64,000 bases of DNA from Mobula hypostoma (taxonomy: Eukaryota): assembly GCF_963921235.1 (NCBI RefSeq), contig NC_086108.1, forward strand, positions 117,306,001-117,370,000, in the 5' to 3' direction. Under the pieces are notes generated by a model. That model was not told where the DNA came from. It did not search any database and saw only the letters and a list, made by a program, of their open reading frames with translations. Shown piece by piece: positions 51,030-64,000 of the stretch (position 1 is its first letter; the number at the start of each line of letters is the position of its first letter). The translations under genes were made by a program, and so were the position numbers.

Positions 51030-52490
51030 CACAGCTGAAGAGATAACGGATGCATTGGTCACGATTTTTCTAGAATCACTTGATTCTGGCATGGCCCCAG
51101 AGAACTGAAAGATTGCAAATGTCACTCCACTCTTTAAGAAGGGAGGAAGGCAAAAGAAAGGAAATTATAGGCCTTTTAGCCTAACTTCAGTGGTTGGGAA
51201 AGTGTTGGAGTCTATTATTAAGGATGAGATTTTAGGGTACTTGGAGACTAATGATAAAATAAGTCAAAGTCAGAATGGTTTCTGTGAAGGGAAATCTTGC
51301 CTGGCAAATCTGTTAGAGTTCTTCGAGGAAGTAACAAGCAGGGTGGACAAAGGAGAGTCAGTAGGTGTCGTTTATTTGGATTTTCAGAAGGCATTTGATA
51401 AGGTGCCACACATGAGGCTGCTTAACAAGATAAAACCTTATGGCATCACAGGAAAGATACTGGCATGGATAGTGTAATAGCTGACAGGCAGGAGGCAGCG
51501 AGTGGGAATAAAAGGGGCCTTTTCCGGTTGGCTGCCAGTGACTAGCGGTGTTCTTCAGGGGTCAGTATTAGGACAACTGCTTTTCACATTGTTTGTCAAT
51601 GATTTGGATAATGGGATTGGGGATTGCTTTGTGGCAAAGTTTGTGGATGATATGAAGACAGATGGAGGGCTAGTTAGTGCTGAAGAAGCAATGTGATTGC
51701 GGTAGGACTTTGACAAAATGGCAAAAAAGTGGCAGATGGAATACAATGTTGGGAAATGTATGATAATGCATTTTAGTAAAAGAAACAACAGTGGGGACTA
51801 TTATCTAAATGGGGAGAAGGTTCAAACATCAGAAGTTCAGAGGGACTTAGGAGTCCTCATGCAAGACTCCCAGAAGGTTAATTTACAAGACGAGACTGTG
51901 GTAAAGGCGGCAAATGAAATGGTTGGCGTTTATTTCAAGGGGAATAGAATATAAAAACAAGGAGATAATGCTAAGCCTTTATAAGATACAAGTCAGGCCG
52001 CACTTGGAGTATTGTCCACAGTTTGGGGCCCCATATCTCAGAAGGAATGTGTTGTCATTGGAGAGAGTCCAGAGGAGGATCACAAGGATGATTCTGGGAA
52101 TGACGGGGTTAACATATGAGGAACGTTTGGCAGCTTTAGGTCTGTACTCACTGGAATTTAGAAGAATGAGGGGGCATCTCATTGAAACCTACTGAATGTT
52201 GGAAGGACTAGATAGGGTATGTACAGAGGATTTTTCCTGTGGTGGGGCTATCCAGAACTAGAAGACACAACCTCAAAATTGAGGGGTGATCTTTTAGAAC
52301 AGAGGTAAGAAGGAAATTTTTTAGCCAGAGAGCTGTGAATCTGGAATGTTCTGCCACACACTTTGGAGGAGGCCAAGTCCTTGGATGTATGGAGTACAGT
52401 GGGATTCAGGATCAGCTATGATGGAATGGCAGAGCAAACTCGATGGGCTGAATGGCCCAAATTCGGTTCCTGTTTCTTACTGTGCTATGG
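51030..52490 (+). mobile_element. Older CR1 RT + 3' end
   Basis: [27 protein letters not shown] and [11 protein letters not shown] with many stops. Confidence 0.88.
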
Positions 52491-52881
52491 TGTTAAGAGA
52501 TTTACCAGGATGTTGTCTGGATTAGAGACATATTCAGGCTTTGAACAGAGTCCAGAAGAGGTTCACCAGGATGTTGTCTGGATTAGAGAGCATGACCTAT
52601 AAGAAGAGTTTAGATATACATGGGTTGATTTTGCTGGTGTGGAAGTGGTAGAGGCAGAGAGAAAAGCCTGTAAGGAGTTCCCTAAAGGTTAACTTTCAGG
52701 TCGAGTTGGTGATAAGGAAGGCAAGTATAATTTTAGCATTAATTTTGGGGTATTGTGAGCAGTTTTGGGCCTCTTGTCTAAGGAATGATGGAGAATGGAT
52801 TGAAGGGTACCCAGAGGAGTTTCACAAGAAAAATTCCAGAAATGAAAGGGTTAAAGTATGAGGAGTGCTTGATGGCTCTGG

Positions 52882-53009
52882 AACAGTCCTGCCAAAGGGT
52901 TTCAGCCCAAAACGTTGACTTTTTTCCATAGATGCTACCTGGCCTACTGAGTTCCTCCAGCAGTTTGTGTGTATTGCTTGGATTTCCAGTATCTACTGAT
53001 CTTCTCTTG
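52882..53009 (+). mobile_element. Solo Penelope pseudo-LTR fragment inserted in an old CR1 (~52680-53290)
   Basis: agtcctgccaaagggtttcagcccaaaacgttgact..agatgctacctggcct is a decayed version of 45324-45418; flanked by tctgg (52877-52881 / 53010-53014). Confidence 0.7.
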
Positions 53010-53699
53010 TCTGGGTTTGTACTCACTGGAGTTTAGAAGTTTGAGGGAAGTTATTCTTGAAACCTAGCGAATATTGAAAGTCCTAGGGTGGATGTGGAGA
53101 GGATGTTTCTGGCAGGGGGATGAGTCTAGGACTGGGGGGCACAGCCTCAGAATAGAAGCCTATCCATTCAGAACACAGATGAGGAGGAATCTCCTTAGCT
53201 AGGTGCTGGTGAATCTGTGGAATTCATTGCCATATACAGCTGTGAAGGTCAAATCATCAGGTATATTTAAAGCGGAACCTGATAGGCTTCTCAATGGAGA
53301 GAGTTAAGAGCACCAAGTTTCTGACAGTGCACATAACCTTTATCCCTCCACACCACCTCTTTAGTTAAAGGGTGCAGCTGTGTCTCCACCTCATGAAGAG
53401 ATTCAGGCAAGCAAGTCTCCACTCACCCAATTCTAACCAACTTTTACAGCAGCACCATTGAGATTGTCCTGACCAACTGCATCACCAGCTGCTATGGGAA
53501 TTGCAAGGCATCTGACCACAAGAACAGATAGTGGAAAAGCTGCAGAGAGAGATATTGTTAAGACCTCAAAGTCAGGAAGAAAAAGGTTAAGGATGGTGCA
53601 ACTAATATTCTGAGCTGTGCATATTTCAATGCCAGGAGTATTTGCGGGAAGGGGAGATGACCTCAGGGCATGGATCAACACCTGAAATTATATTAGTAA

Positions 53700-54162
53700 G
53701 ACCATGAGACACAGGGGGTGAGTTCAGCCATTTGGCTCATCGAGTCTGTTCGCCATTCAATAATGGCTGAACCTCATTTCCCCTCCTCAGCCACACTCCC
53801 TGGTGTTCTCCCCATAACTTTTGATGCTGTGGCCAATCAAGACCCTGTCAATCTCCTCCTGAAATACAGTTGCTGTGGGAATAAATTCCACAATTTACCA
53901 CCCTCTGGTTAACGAACTTTCACCACATCTGTCTTAAATAGACACCCCTCTATCCTGAGGCTGTGCCCTCTTGTCCTAGTCTCCCCATCACAGGAAACAT
54001 CCTTTCCACATCTACTCTTCTCGGCCTTTCAACATTCAAAAGGTTTCATTGAAATCCCCCCATATCCTTCTAAATTCCAATGAATACAGGCCCAGACACA
54101 TCAAATATTACTCATATGTTAACCCATTCATTCCCAAAATCATCCTTGAACCTCCTCTGAGG
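53700..54162 (-). mobile_element. Older CR1 3' fragment
   Basis: Reverse-complement 3' UTR and RGxFNETFxMLKG-like region. Confidence 0.7.
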
Positions 54163-57100
54163 TTCTGACAGTACTCTAAGTGTGGTCTCACCAGAGATTT
54201 GTAGAGTTGCAACATGACTTCTCTACTCTTGAACTCAATCCCCCTATTAATGAAGCCTAGCATCCCATAGGCCTTCTTAACTATCCTAGCAACCTGTGCA
54301 GCGACCTTGAGGGATGTACGGATTTGAACCCCAAGGTCCCTCTGTTCATCCACACTCTGTTCATCTCACACCGACCATTAACCCTGTACTCAGCCTTCTG
54401 GTTTGTCCTTCCAAAATGCATCACCTCACACTTATCCCGATTGAACTCCATCTGCCACTTTTCTGCCCAACTCTGCATCCTGTCTATATCCTCTTGTAAC
54501 CTTCGACAACCTACAGCTCCATCCACAACTCCTCCAATCTTCATGTCATCTGCAAAATTACTCACCCATCCTTCCGCCTCTTCAAGCAACACACATAAAA
54601 GTTGCCGGTGAAAGCAGCAGGCCAGGCAGCATCTCTAGGAAGGGTCTCGGCCTGAAACATCGACTGCACCTCTTCCTAGAGATGCTGCCTGGCCTGCTGC
54701 GTTCACCAGCAACTTTTATGTGTGTTGCTTGAATTTCCAGCGTCTGCAGAATTCCTGTTGCTTCCGCCTCTTCATCCAGGTCACTTATAAAAATCACAAA
54801 GTGCAGGGATCCCAGGACAAATCCTTGCAGCACTCCACTAGTCACTGACCTCCAGGCAGAATACTTTCCTTCCACTACTACCCTCTGCTTTCTTCCTGTA
54901 AACCAATTTTTTATCCAAACAGCCAAGGTTCCACTGATCCCATGCCTCGTGACTTTCTGGATGAGTCTTTCGTGGGGGACCTTGTCAAATTCCTTGCTAA
55001 AATCCATGTAGATCACATCTACTGCCCTACCCTCATCAATTTCTTTAGTTACCTCTTCAAAAAACTCAATTAGGCTCGTGAGGCACGACCTTCCCTTCAC
55101 AAAGCCATGTTGACTATCTTTTAGTAGACTGTACTTCTCCAAGTGCTCGTAGATCCTATCATTAAGAATCCTTTCCAATAGTTTGCAGACCACTGATGTA
55201 AGACTCACCGGTCTATAGTTCCCAGGATTCTCCCTATTACCTTTTTTAAACAAGGGAACTACATTTGCCATTCTCCTGTCCTCCGGCACCTCCCCTGCAG
55301 CCAAAGAGGATTCAGAGATCATAGCTACTGCTCCAGCAATCTCTTCTCTCACTTCCCACAGCAACCTGGGGTATATCACGTCTGGCCCTGGGGACTTATC
55401 AATCTTGATGTTTTTAAGAAGATCCAACACTACTTTTTCCTTAATCTCCACATTGTCCAGCACACAGGCCTGTTCTATTTCGACCTCACCCTGATCAAGG
55501 TCCTTTTCACTTGTGAATTCTGAAACAAAGTATTCATTTAGACGCTCCCCAACCTCCTCCGCCTCCAGGCACATGTTGCCTTCTTCATCCTTTAGAGGCC
55601 CCACCTTCATTCTTGTCAACCTTCTGTTCTTCACATACCCACAGAACGCCTTGGGGTTCTCCTTAATCCTACATGCCAAGGCCTTCTCATGCCCCCTTCG
55701 AGCTCTCCTAAGTCCTTTCTTAAGCTCCTTCCTGCCTACCCTATATTTCTCATGAGCCCCTCCTGCTTCCTGCTTCTTAGATCTAACATATGCTTCCTTC
55801 TTCCTCTTGATGAGTTGTCTCACGTGTTTCGTCAGCTGTGGTTCTCTTTCCTACCATTTTTTCATTGTCTCAGTGGGATAAACCTATCCCGAACCCAGCA
55901 CAAGTGGTCCCTGAACTTCCTCCACATTACTTCTGTGCTTTCACCCTTGAACATCTGTTTCCAATTTACTCTCGCTAGTTCCTGCCTCATCCCTTCATTG
56001 TTAGCCCTTCCCCAGTTAAGCACTTTCCCATTTTGTCTGTTTTTATCCTTTTCCATAGCTATGCTGAAGCTAAGGGAGTTGTGGTCACTCTCACCAAAAT
56101 GCTCCCCCACCAAGAGGTCTGCCACCTGACCAGGTTCATTACCCAGAACTGGATCCAGTATGGCCTCTCCTCTCGTCGGCCGGTCCACATACTGTGTCAG
56201 GAATCCTTCTTGAACACACCTGACAAATTCAGCCCCGTCTATCCCCCTTGCAGTCAGGAGGTGCCAGTCAATATGAGGGAAGTTGAAATCACCCAGAACT
56301 ACAACCCTGTATTTCCTGCATCATTCTAAAATCTGCCGGCTTATCTGCTCCTCGGTGTCCCGAGGGCTATCTGGGGGCCTGTAGACTACTCCCAGCACAG
56401 TGATTGATCCCTTCCTATTTCTGACTTCCACCCACACCGACTCTCTCTGCAGTGTCCTCTCTTTCTATAGCCGTGATACTATCCCTGACCAGTAATGCTA
56501 CTCCCCCACCTTTTCTACCTCCCATCCTATTCGTTTTAAAACACCTAAACCCGGTACCTGTATCAGCCAAACCTGCCCTTCCTCCAGCCAAGTTTCAGTA
56601 ACGGCCACAACATCATAGTTCCACGTACTGATCCATGCTGTAAGTTCATCCCCTTTATTCCTAATACTCCGAGCGTTGAAATAGACACATTTCAACCCTT
56701 CTAACTGGCTACGTTTATGTTTTGTCCCCTGCCTGTCCTTCCTCACCAACTCAGAACACGTAGCATCATGCCCTTGTCCTTCTACCCCAATCTCTGCACT
56801 CACATTCTGATTCCCACCCCCCTGCCAAACTAGTTTAAACCCTCCCCAACAGCTCTAGCAAACCTGGTCCCTTTCCAGTTCAGGTGCAGCCCGTCCTTTT
56901 TGTACAGGTCAGACCTTCTCCAGAAGAGATCCCAATGATCCAGAAATCTGAACCCCCGCCCCCTGCACCAACTCTTCAGCCACGCATTCATCTACCATAA
57001 CTTCCTGTTCCTACCCTCTCTGTCTCGTGGCACAGGCAGCAATCCCGAGATTACCACCCTTGAGGCCCTGCTTTTTAACTTCTTTCCTAACTCCCACTAT

Positions 57101-57900
57101 TCCTTCTTCAGGACCTCATCCCTACTCCTATCTATCTCATTGGTCCCCATGTGGATCATGACATCTGGCTGCTCACCCTCTCTCCTGAGAATACCGAGAA
57201 CTCGATCCGAGATATCGCGGACCCTGGCACCAGGGAGGCAACAGACCATCCAGGATTCTCAATCTCTCCCACAGAACCTCTTATCTGTCCCCCTAACTAT
57301 CGAATCCCCTGTCACTACTTCTCTCCTCTTTTCCCTCCTTCTCTTCTGAACTGAGGGTCCAGTCTCGGTGCCAGAGACACGACCACTACGACTTGTTCCT
57401 GGTAGGTTGTCCCTACCAACAGTATCCAAAACAGTATACTTATTGTTGATGGGAACAGCCACAGGGGTGCTCTGCTCTTTCTGTCTATTCTCCTTCCCTC
57501 TCCTGACAGTCACCCAATTACCTGCCCCCTGATGTTTAGGGGTGACTGTCTCCCTGAAACTCTGATTCATTACTGCCTCTGCCTCCCGAATGATCTGAAG
57601 TTCATCCAGCTCCAGCTCCAGCTCCAGTTCCCTAACTCGGTTTAACAGGAGCTACAGCTGAATGCACCTTTTGTGGGAGTAGTCATCAGAGACAATTGTG
57701 CTGTCCCTGACTTCCCACAACATACAATCGGAGAACTGGACTGTCCTATCTACTGCCTCCATTACCAACTCCTAAGATAATTAAATTAATTAAAGAAACT
57801 TACCAGGCCTTACCTCACTGGGAGCAAGCTCGCCGAAGCCTCTCGAGCCAAAGCCTCAAAGCTCTACTCCTACACTGGCCCGCTCACTCACTGGCCGCTC
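54163..57900 (-). mobile_element. Long CR1 (5' UTR, ORF1, ORF2 APE+RT) lacking its own 3' end
   Basis: VVTGDSIVRG (ORF1), CVYFNARSIRNK and ESDHN (APE), 413-aa ORF 54582-55823 with NYRPVSLTS and YMDFSKEFDKVPH. Confidence 0.93.
54585..54760. mobile_element. Fold-back mini-insertion made of Penelope pseudo-LTR sequence
   Basis: Inverted arms 54581-54642 / 54672-54733; 14-bp TSD cttccgcctcttca (54571-54584 / 54761-54774); sequence matches 45333-45423. Confidence 0.88.
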
Positions 57901-58067
57901 TGCTTGAGCTACCCCTCTTTTTATTTGTTTGAGCTTTTCAACTTCGATTGCCCAATCAAACTGCTTGGTCACCTGACCTCAATTGCCCAATCAGCTGCTT
58001 TCTGCTGAGTCTGAGCTGTTCAAATCTTGATTGACTTGATTGCACAATCCAACTGCCAAAACTTCTC

Positions 58068-59278
58068 GAGGGTGGACAGAAGAGAAGCAGTGGATATCTT
58101 CCACTTGGATTTTCAGAAGGCATTTAATAAGATTCCACACTTGAGACTGATTTACAAGGTAAAATCCTGTGGTATTACAGGAAAGTTACTGGGATGGATA
58201 GAGGAATGGCTGACAGGCTGGATGCAATGAGTGGGAATAAAAGGGACCTTTTCTGGTTGGCTGCTGTTGACTAGTGGTGTTCCTCAGGGGTCAGTATTGG
58301 GACCACTACTTCTCACATTGTTTGTCAATGATTTGAATAATGGGATTGATGGCTTTGTGGCAAAGTTTGCAGATGATACGAAGATAGGTGGAGGGGTAGA
58401 TAGTGCTGTGAAAGCAATGCGATTGCAACAGGAATTAGAGAAATTGCAGGAATGGGCAAAAAAGTGGCAGATGGAATACAGTGCTGGGAAATGTATGATA
58501 ATGCATTTTGGTAAAAGGAACAATAGTGTGGATTATTATCTAAGGTTCAAACAGCAGAGGTGCAGATTGACTTCGGAGTCCTCGTGCAAGACTCCCAGAA
58601 GATTAATTTACAGGTTGTGTCTGTGGTAAAGAAGGCAAATGCAAAATTGCCATTTATTTCAAGGGAAATAGAATGTAAAAACGAGGAGATAATTCTGAGC
58701 TTTTATAAGACACTAGTCAGGTCGCACTTGGAGTATTGTCAACAGTTTTGGGCCTCATATCTCAGAAAGGATGTGTTGTCATTAGAGAGAGTCCAGAGGA
58801 GGTTAACGAGGATAATTCTGGGAATGAAGGGGTTAACATATCAGGAGCATTTGGCAGCTTTGGGCCTGTACTCACTGGAATTTAGAAGAATGTAGAGGGA
58901 TCTCATTGAAACCTACCGAATGTTGAATGGACTAGCTGGCACTGATTTGTGAAAGGCTGTTCCTAGGGTGGGGTATCCAGAACTAGAGGGCACAGCCTCA
59001 AAATTGAGGGTCGTCCATTCAGAATAGAGGTAAGGAGGAATTATTTTAGCTAGAGAGTAGTGAATCTGTGGAATGCTCTGCCACAGAGTGCAGAGAATGT
59101 CACATCCAGGGGTATATTTAAGGTGGGAGTTGATCGTTCCCTGATCAACCAAGGCATCAAAGGTTATGGTGAGAAGGCAGATATATGGGGTTAAGTGGGC
59201 TCCGGGAGCAGCCATGATAGCATAACGGAGCAGACTTAATGGCCTGAATGGCCTAATTCTGCTCCTGTATCTTATGGT
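58068..59278 (+). mobile_element. Older CR1 RT + 3' end
   Basis: [25 protein letters not shown] and KFADDTKIGG. Confidence 0.88.
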
Positions 59279-59279
59279 C

Positions 59280-60265
59280 AAAGATACAGGCCCATTGAGT
59301 CTACTCCGCCATTTCATCATGGTTGATCCAAATTTCCTCTCAGCCCCAATCTCCTGCCTTCTCCCCGTATCCCGCCATCCCTGACCAATCAAGAATCTAT
59401 CCACATCTGCCTGAAATATACATTAAAACTTGGCCTCCACAGCTGCCTGTGTCAAAGAATGCCACAGATTCACCACTCTCTAGCTAAGTAAATTCTCCCT
59501 AATCTTTTAGAACACCCCTCTATTCTAGGATTTAAAGACATTCAATCCTGAAATCATTTTTGAACCCTCTCCAGTTTCAGCACATACTTTCTAAGATACA
59601 GGCCCCAAAACCTGTTCACAATACTCCAAGTGTGGCCTCACCAGTGCTTTTTAAAGTCTCAATGTTACATCTTTGCTTTTATATTTTAGTCTTCTTGAAA
59701 TGAATGCTAACATTGCATTTGCCTTCACCACAGAGTCAACCTGCAAATTAACCTTGAAGCAATCTTGCACAGGGACTGCCAGTCTCTTTGCACCTCAGTT
59801 TTTTGTATTTTCTCTCTATTTAGAAAATAGTCAGCACTTTCATTTCATCTGCCAAAGTGCATGACCATACACTTCCCAACACTGTATTCCATTTATCATT
59901 TCTTTGCCCAGTCTCCTAATCTGAATCCTTCTGTAGCCTCTCTACTTACTCAAAACTACCTGCCCCTCCCCCTATATGCATATCATTGCAAATTTTGCAA
60001 TAAAGGAATCAATTTCATCTTCCAAATCATTGACATATAATGTAAAAAGAATCAGTCCCAACCCAGACCCCTGTGGAACACCACTGGTCACCAGCAGCTA
60101 ACCTGTAAAGGCTCCCTTTATTCCCACTCTTTGCCTCTTGCCAATCAGCCACTGCTTTATCCATGCCAGAATCTTTCCTGTAATACCATGGGGTAGTAGC
60201 TCGTTAATCAGCCTCATGTGGTGCAGCTTGTCAAAGGCCTCCTGAAAATCCAAGTGCACATCACC
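59280..60265 (-). mobile_element. Older CR1 RT + 3' end, tail-to-tail with the previous copy
   Basis: HLDFQEAFDKLHHMRL..RQRVGIKG on the minus strand; reverse-complement 3' UTR at ~59280-59400. Confidence 0.82.
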
Positions 60266-60582
60266 CAATTCTTCTGACTTCATCAACTATGCTGACTACG
60301 GCCTAATTGCTCATAATTTCTGTCATTAACAATCCACTGAAGTGAGAGTCACCAGTCTAAAGTTGCTGAGATAATCCCTATAGACCTTTTTGAAAGATGG
60401 GACAACATTAGCTGCTCACCAGTCTTACAGGAAGGGACCAGCTCAGAAAGGCAACTTGGTTGGCGGAGATGAGTAAGTCCATGGAACCCATTTCCGTCTT
60501 CTGTAACTATGACTGAGCCAATATAAATACCAAGGTGTTATAAAATTTATTTTGATATATCAAGACTGAAACTGTTGAAAAC

Positions 60583-61755
60583 ACTTGATTTTCAGAAGAC
60601 CTTTGACAAGGTGCCGCACATGAGGCTGCTCAGCAAGATAAGAGCCCATGGAATTACAGGGAAGTTACTAGCGTGGGTGGAGCATTGGCTGATCGGCAGA
60701 CAACAGAAAGTGGGAATAAAGGGATCCTATTCCGGCTGCCTGCCGGTTACCAGTGGAGTTCTACAGGAGTCAGTGTAGGGACCGCTGCTTTTTATGATGT
60801 ATGTCAATGATTTGGACTATAGGTTTAGTGGATTTGTGGCTAAATTCGCTGATGATATAAAGGTAGGTGGAGGAGCGGGTAGTGTTGAGGAAACAGAGAG
60901 CTTGCAGAGACTTAGATAGTTTAGGGGAATGGGCAAAGAAGTGGCAAATGAAATACAACGTTGCAAAGTGTATGGCCATGCACTTTGGTGGAAGAAATAA
61001 ACGGGCAGACTATTATTTAGATGGGGAGAGAATTCAAAATGCAGAGATGCAAAGGGACTTGGGAGTCCTTTTGCAGGGTACCCTAAAGGTTAGCCTCCAG
61101 GTTGAGTCAGTGGAGAAGAAGGCAAACGCAATGTTGGCAGTCATTTCTAGAGGTATAGAATATAAGAGCAGGGATGTGATGTTGAGGCTCTATAAGGCAC
61201 ACTTGGAGTATTCTGTGCAGTTTTGGGCTCCTTATTTTAGAAAGGATATACTGACATTGGAGAGGGTTCAGAGAAGATTCACAAGAATGATTCCAGGAAT
61301 GAAAGGGTTACTGTATGAGGAACATCTGGCAGCTCTTGGGCTGTATTCCCTGGAGTTCAGGAGAATGAGGGGGGATCTCATAGAAACATTCCGAATGTTA
61401 AAAGGCCTGAATAGATTAGATATGGCAAAGTTATTTCCCATGGTAGGGGATTCTAGAACAAGAGGGCACGGCTCAGGATTGAAGGACGTCCATTTAGAAC
61501 AGGGATGCGGAGAAATTACTTTAGTCTGAGGGTAGTAAGTCTGTGGAATTTGTTGCCACAAGTGGCTGTGGAGGCTAAATCATTGGGAGCATTGAACGCA
61601 GAGATAGACAGGTTCTTGATCAGCCAGGGTATCAAAGGGTATGGGGAGAAGGCAGGGTAATGGGGATGACTGGAAGAATTGGATCAGCCCATGATTGAAT
61701 GGCAGAGCAGTTCAATGGGCCGAATGGCCTTCTTCTGCTCCTATATCTTATGGTC
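60583..61755 (+). mobile_element. Older CR1 RT + 3' end
   Basis: LDFQKTFDKVPH and ORF 60867-61529 ([24 protein letters not shown]). Confidence 0.88.
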
Positions 61756-61923
61756 AGACAGCTTCTGTGAAGAGGGAAACAGAATGAATACTTCACGTCT
61801 GAAACTCTTTGTCAAACTGGGAGTGAGATCGAACAAAGTTCCACTAAAGGGTCCTCAATCCACAATGTTAAACTATTTCTCAGCCCTCAGATCCTGCCAC
61901 TTAGTTGTTTCCAGCATTTTCCA

Positions 61924-62833
61924 TGTAATGTCCTGGTTAAGATTTCCACTGCTGCGTTGTGAGACAGTTTATATTAGCAGTTTACTGTAAAAACAGTGTG
62001 CCACACTGTAAAGGTGTGTTTTGGCTTCTGCTAAGATAAGGACCCATGTTGTCCAACTTAGGAATTTGTATCAGCCAATCAGGATTGTGGGCTGTGAGAG
62101 GTGGTTCCAGAGAGCTGTGTCGAAGAGTTTTATGAGGGACAGTAGTCTGGTCTGGGGTCTTTTGGCATGAGCTACGGAGTGGGACAGAAGAAAAGATGCC
62201 ACCAAATGCTGTGGGGAGAGAGTGCCCATAGCCGGAAATGCTCTGTGCAGATGAACATCTCCAAAGAGGAGGGCAGATACTCCTGAGAGAGAGCCAGTTG
62301 GCTCGAGACGGCCAGCTGCTTCAAGAGGGCCTGTTCGTTGGAGACGGCCAGTTCGTTCGAAGGAAGTTCTGACTGTGGCAAGTGCTTTCACGCAGACCGT
62401 GGGCATGGCACTGTGAGTGACGGTTATATCCAGCTTTGAAAGAGACAAGCTCCATGGTCATGTGCACATTTAGACTGGTCTAACTGTAATTGTGTCTTTT
62501 ATTTATTTTCTTCTTCATTTTCTTTCTTTTAATAACTGTTTGATAAAGCTGAAAATAGTAAATACTATTTCCTTTATAATTTTATGCTGTGTACGATCTG
62601 TTATTTCTTGCCAACGGATTATTGTTTATGGGCAGTAGTCCACAGCATTCACTCAAATCAAGATTCCTTTAACTACAACATCACTACGTTCCTGTCTGGT
62701 TTAACCCCCAAATCATACCAACCCTAGCTATATATTGTTCATGAAAGGTGGCCTTCTCACTCCGAGTCACATGGCTGTTAGCGAAGTTAGCTAACGAGCC
62801 AAGTTTGTACGCGAGCCCTGTGAACGGGTTACA
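61924..62833. mobile_element. Probable solo LTR (~910 bp)
   Basis: TGTAA...TTACA inverted termini, internal CCAATCAG, no coding homology; interrupts a pseudo-LTR-like remnant. No clean TSD (tcca / gcag). Confidence 0.5.
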
Positions 62834-62880
62834 GCAGAATTCCAGCACTTGCAGTCGTTTGATTTGCAGCTTGTGTTTAG

Positions 62881-63910
<1,030 letters not shown>

Positions 63911-64000
63911 AAGAATGTAAGACAGAGGAGCAGAATTAGTCCATTCAGCCCAATGAGTCCTATCCTTACTACTATCCTTCTCAACCCCCTTCTAGAAACA

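Noticed and set aside
52885..52920. Second hammerhead ribozyme
   Set aside because: Core mutated (CTGCCAA instead of CTGANGA, AAAA instead of GAAA); decayed copy.
54582..55823. 413-aa RT ORF as an intact or domesticated gene
   Set aside because: It is a CR1 ORF2 fragment that runs into the fold-back insertion before the catalytic ADD motif; no autonomous intact LINE was found in the window.

Overview
Eukaryotic, repeat-saturated vertebrate DNA, most likely from a cartilaginous fish (inferred from HE1/V-SINE-like SINEs together with abundant CR1 and Penelope-like elements). Most of the ORF track is fragments of non-LTR retrotransposons: many nested CR1 LINEs (SGNH-esterase ORF1, APE+RT ORF2), Rex1/Babar-type LINEs, one Penelope-like GIY-YIG element, SINEs, a Tc1 remnant and a probable solo LTR. 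Hidden among them on the + strand is the 5' part of one host gene, a noelin-3 (OLFM3)-like olfactomedin. It has a CpG-island first exon encoding a signal peptide (18787-18864) and two internal exons (47368-47511, 62881-63036), all phase 0, which splice to 126 aa; the gene continues beyond the window. Intron 1 begins with an ~11 kb tandem array of a 29-bp unit that is strongly pyrimidine-rich and almost AG-free on the sense strand. Most notable items: (i) the gene may be the fourth noelin ohnolog absent from humans (inference, needs synteny); (ii) a minimal hammerhead ribozyme with an intact core in the Penelope pseudo-LTR, in sense orientation within intron 1; (iii) the giant intronic 29-mer array; (iv) a 62-bp fold-back mini-insertion with a 14-bp target-site duplication. 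TE boundaries are approximate unless a TSD is quoted. Comparisons with human proteins are from memory, not from a search.
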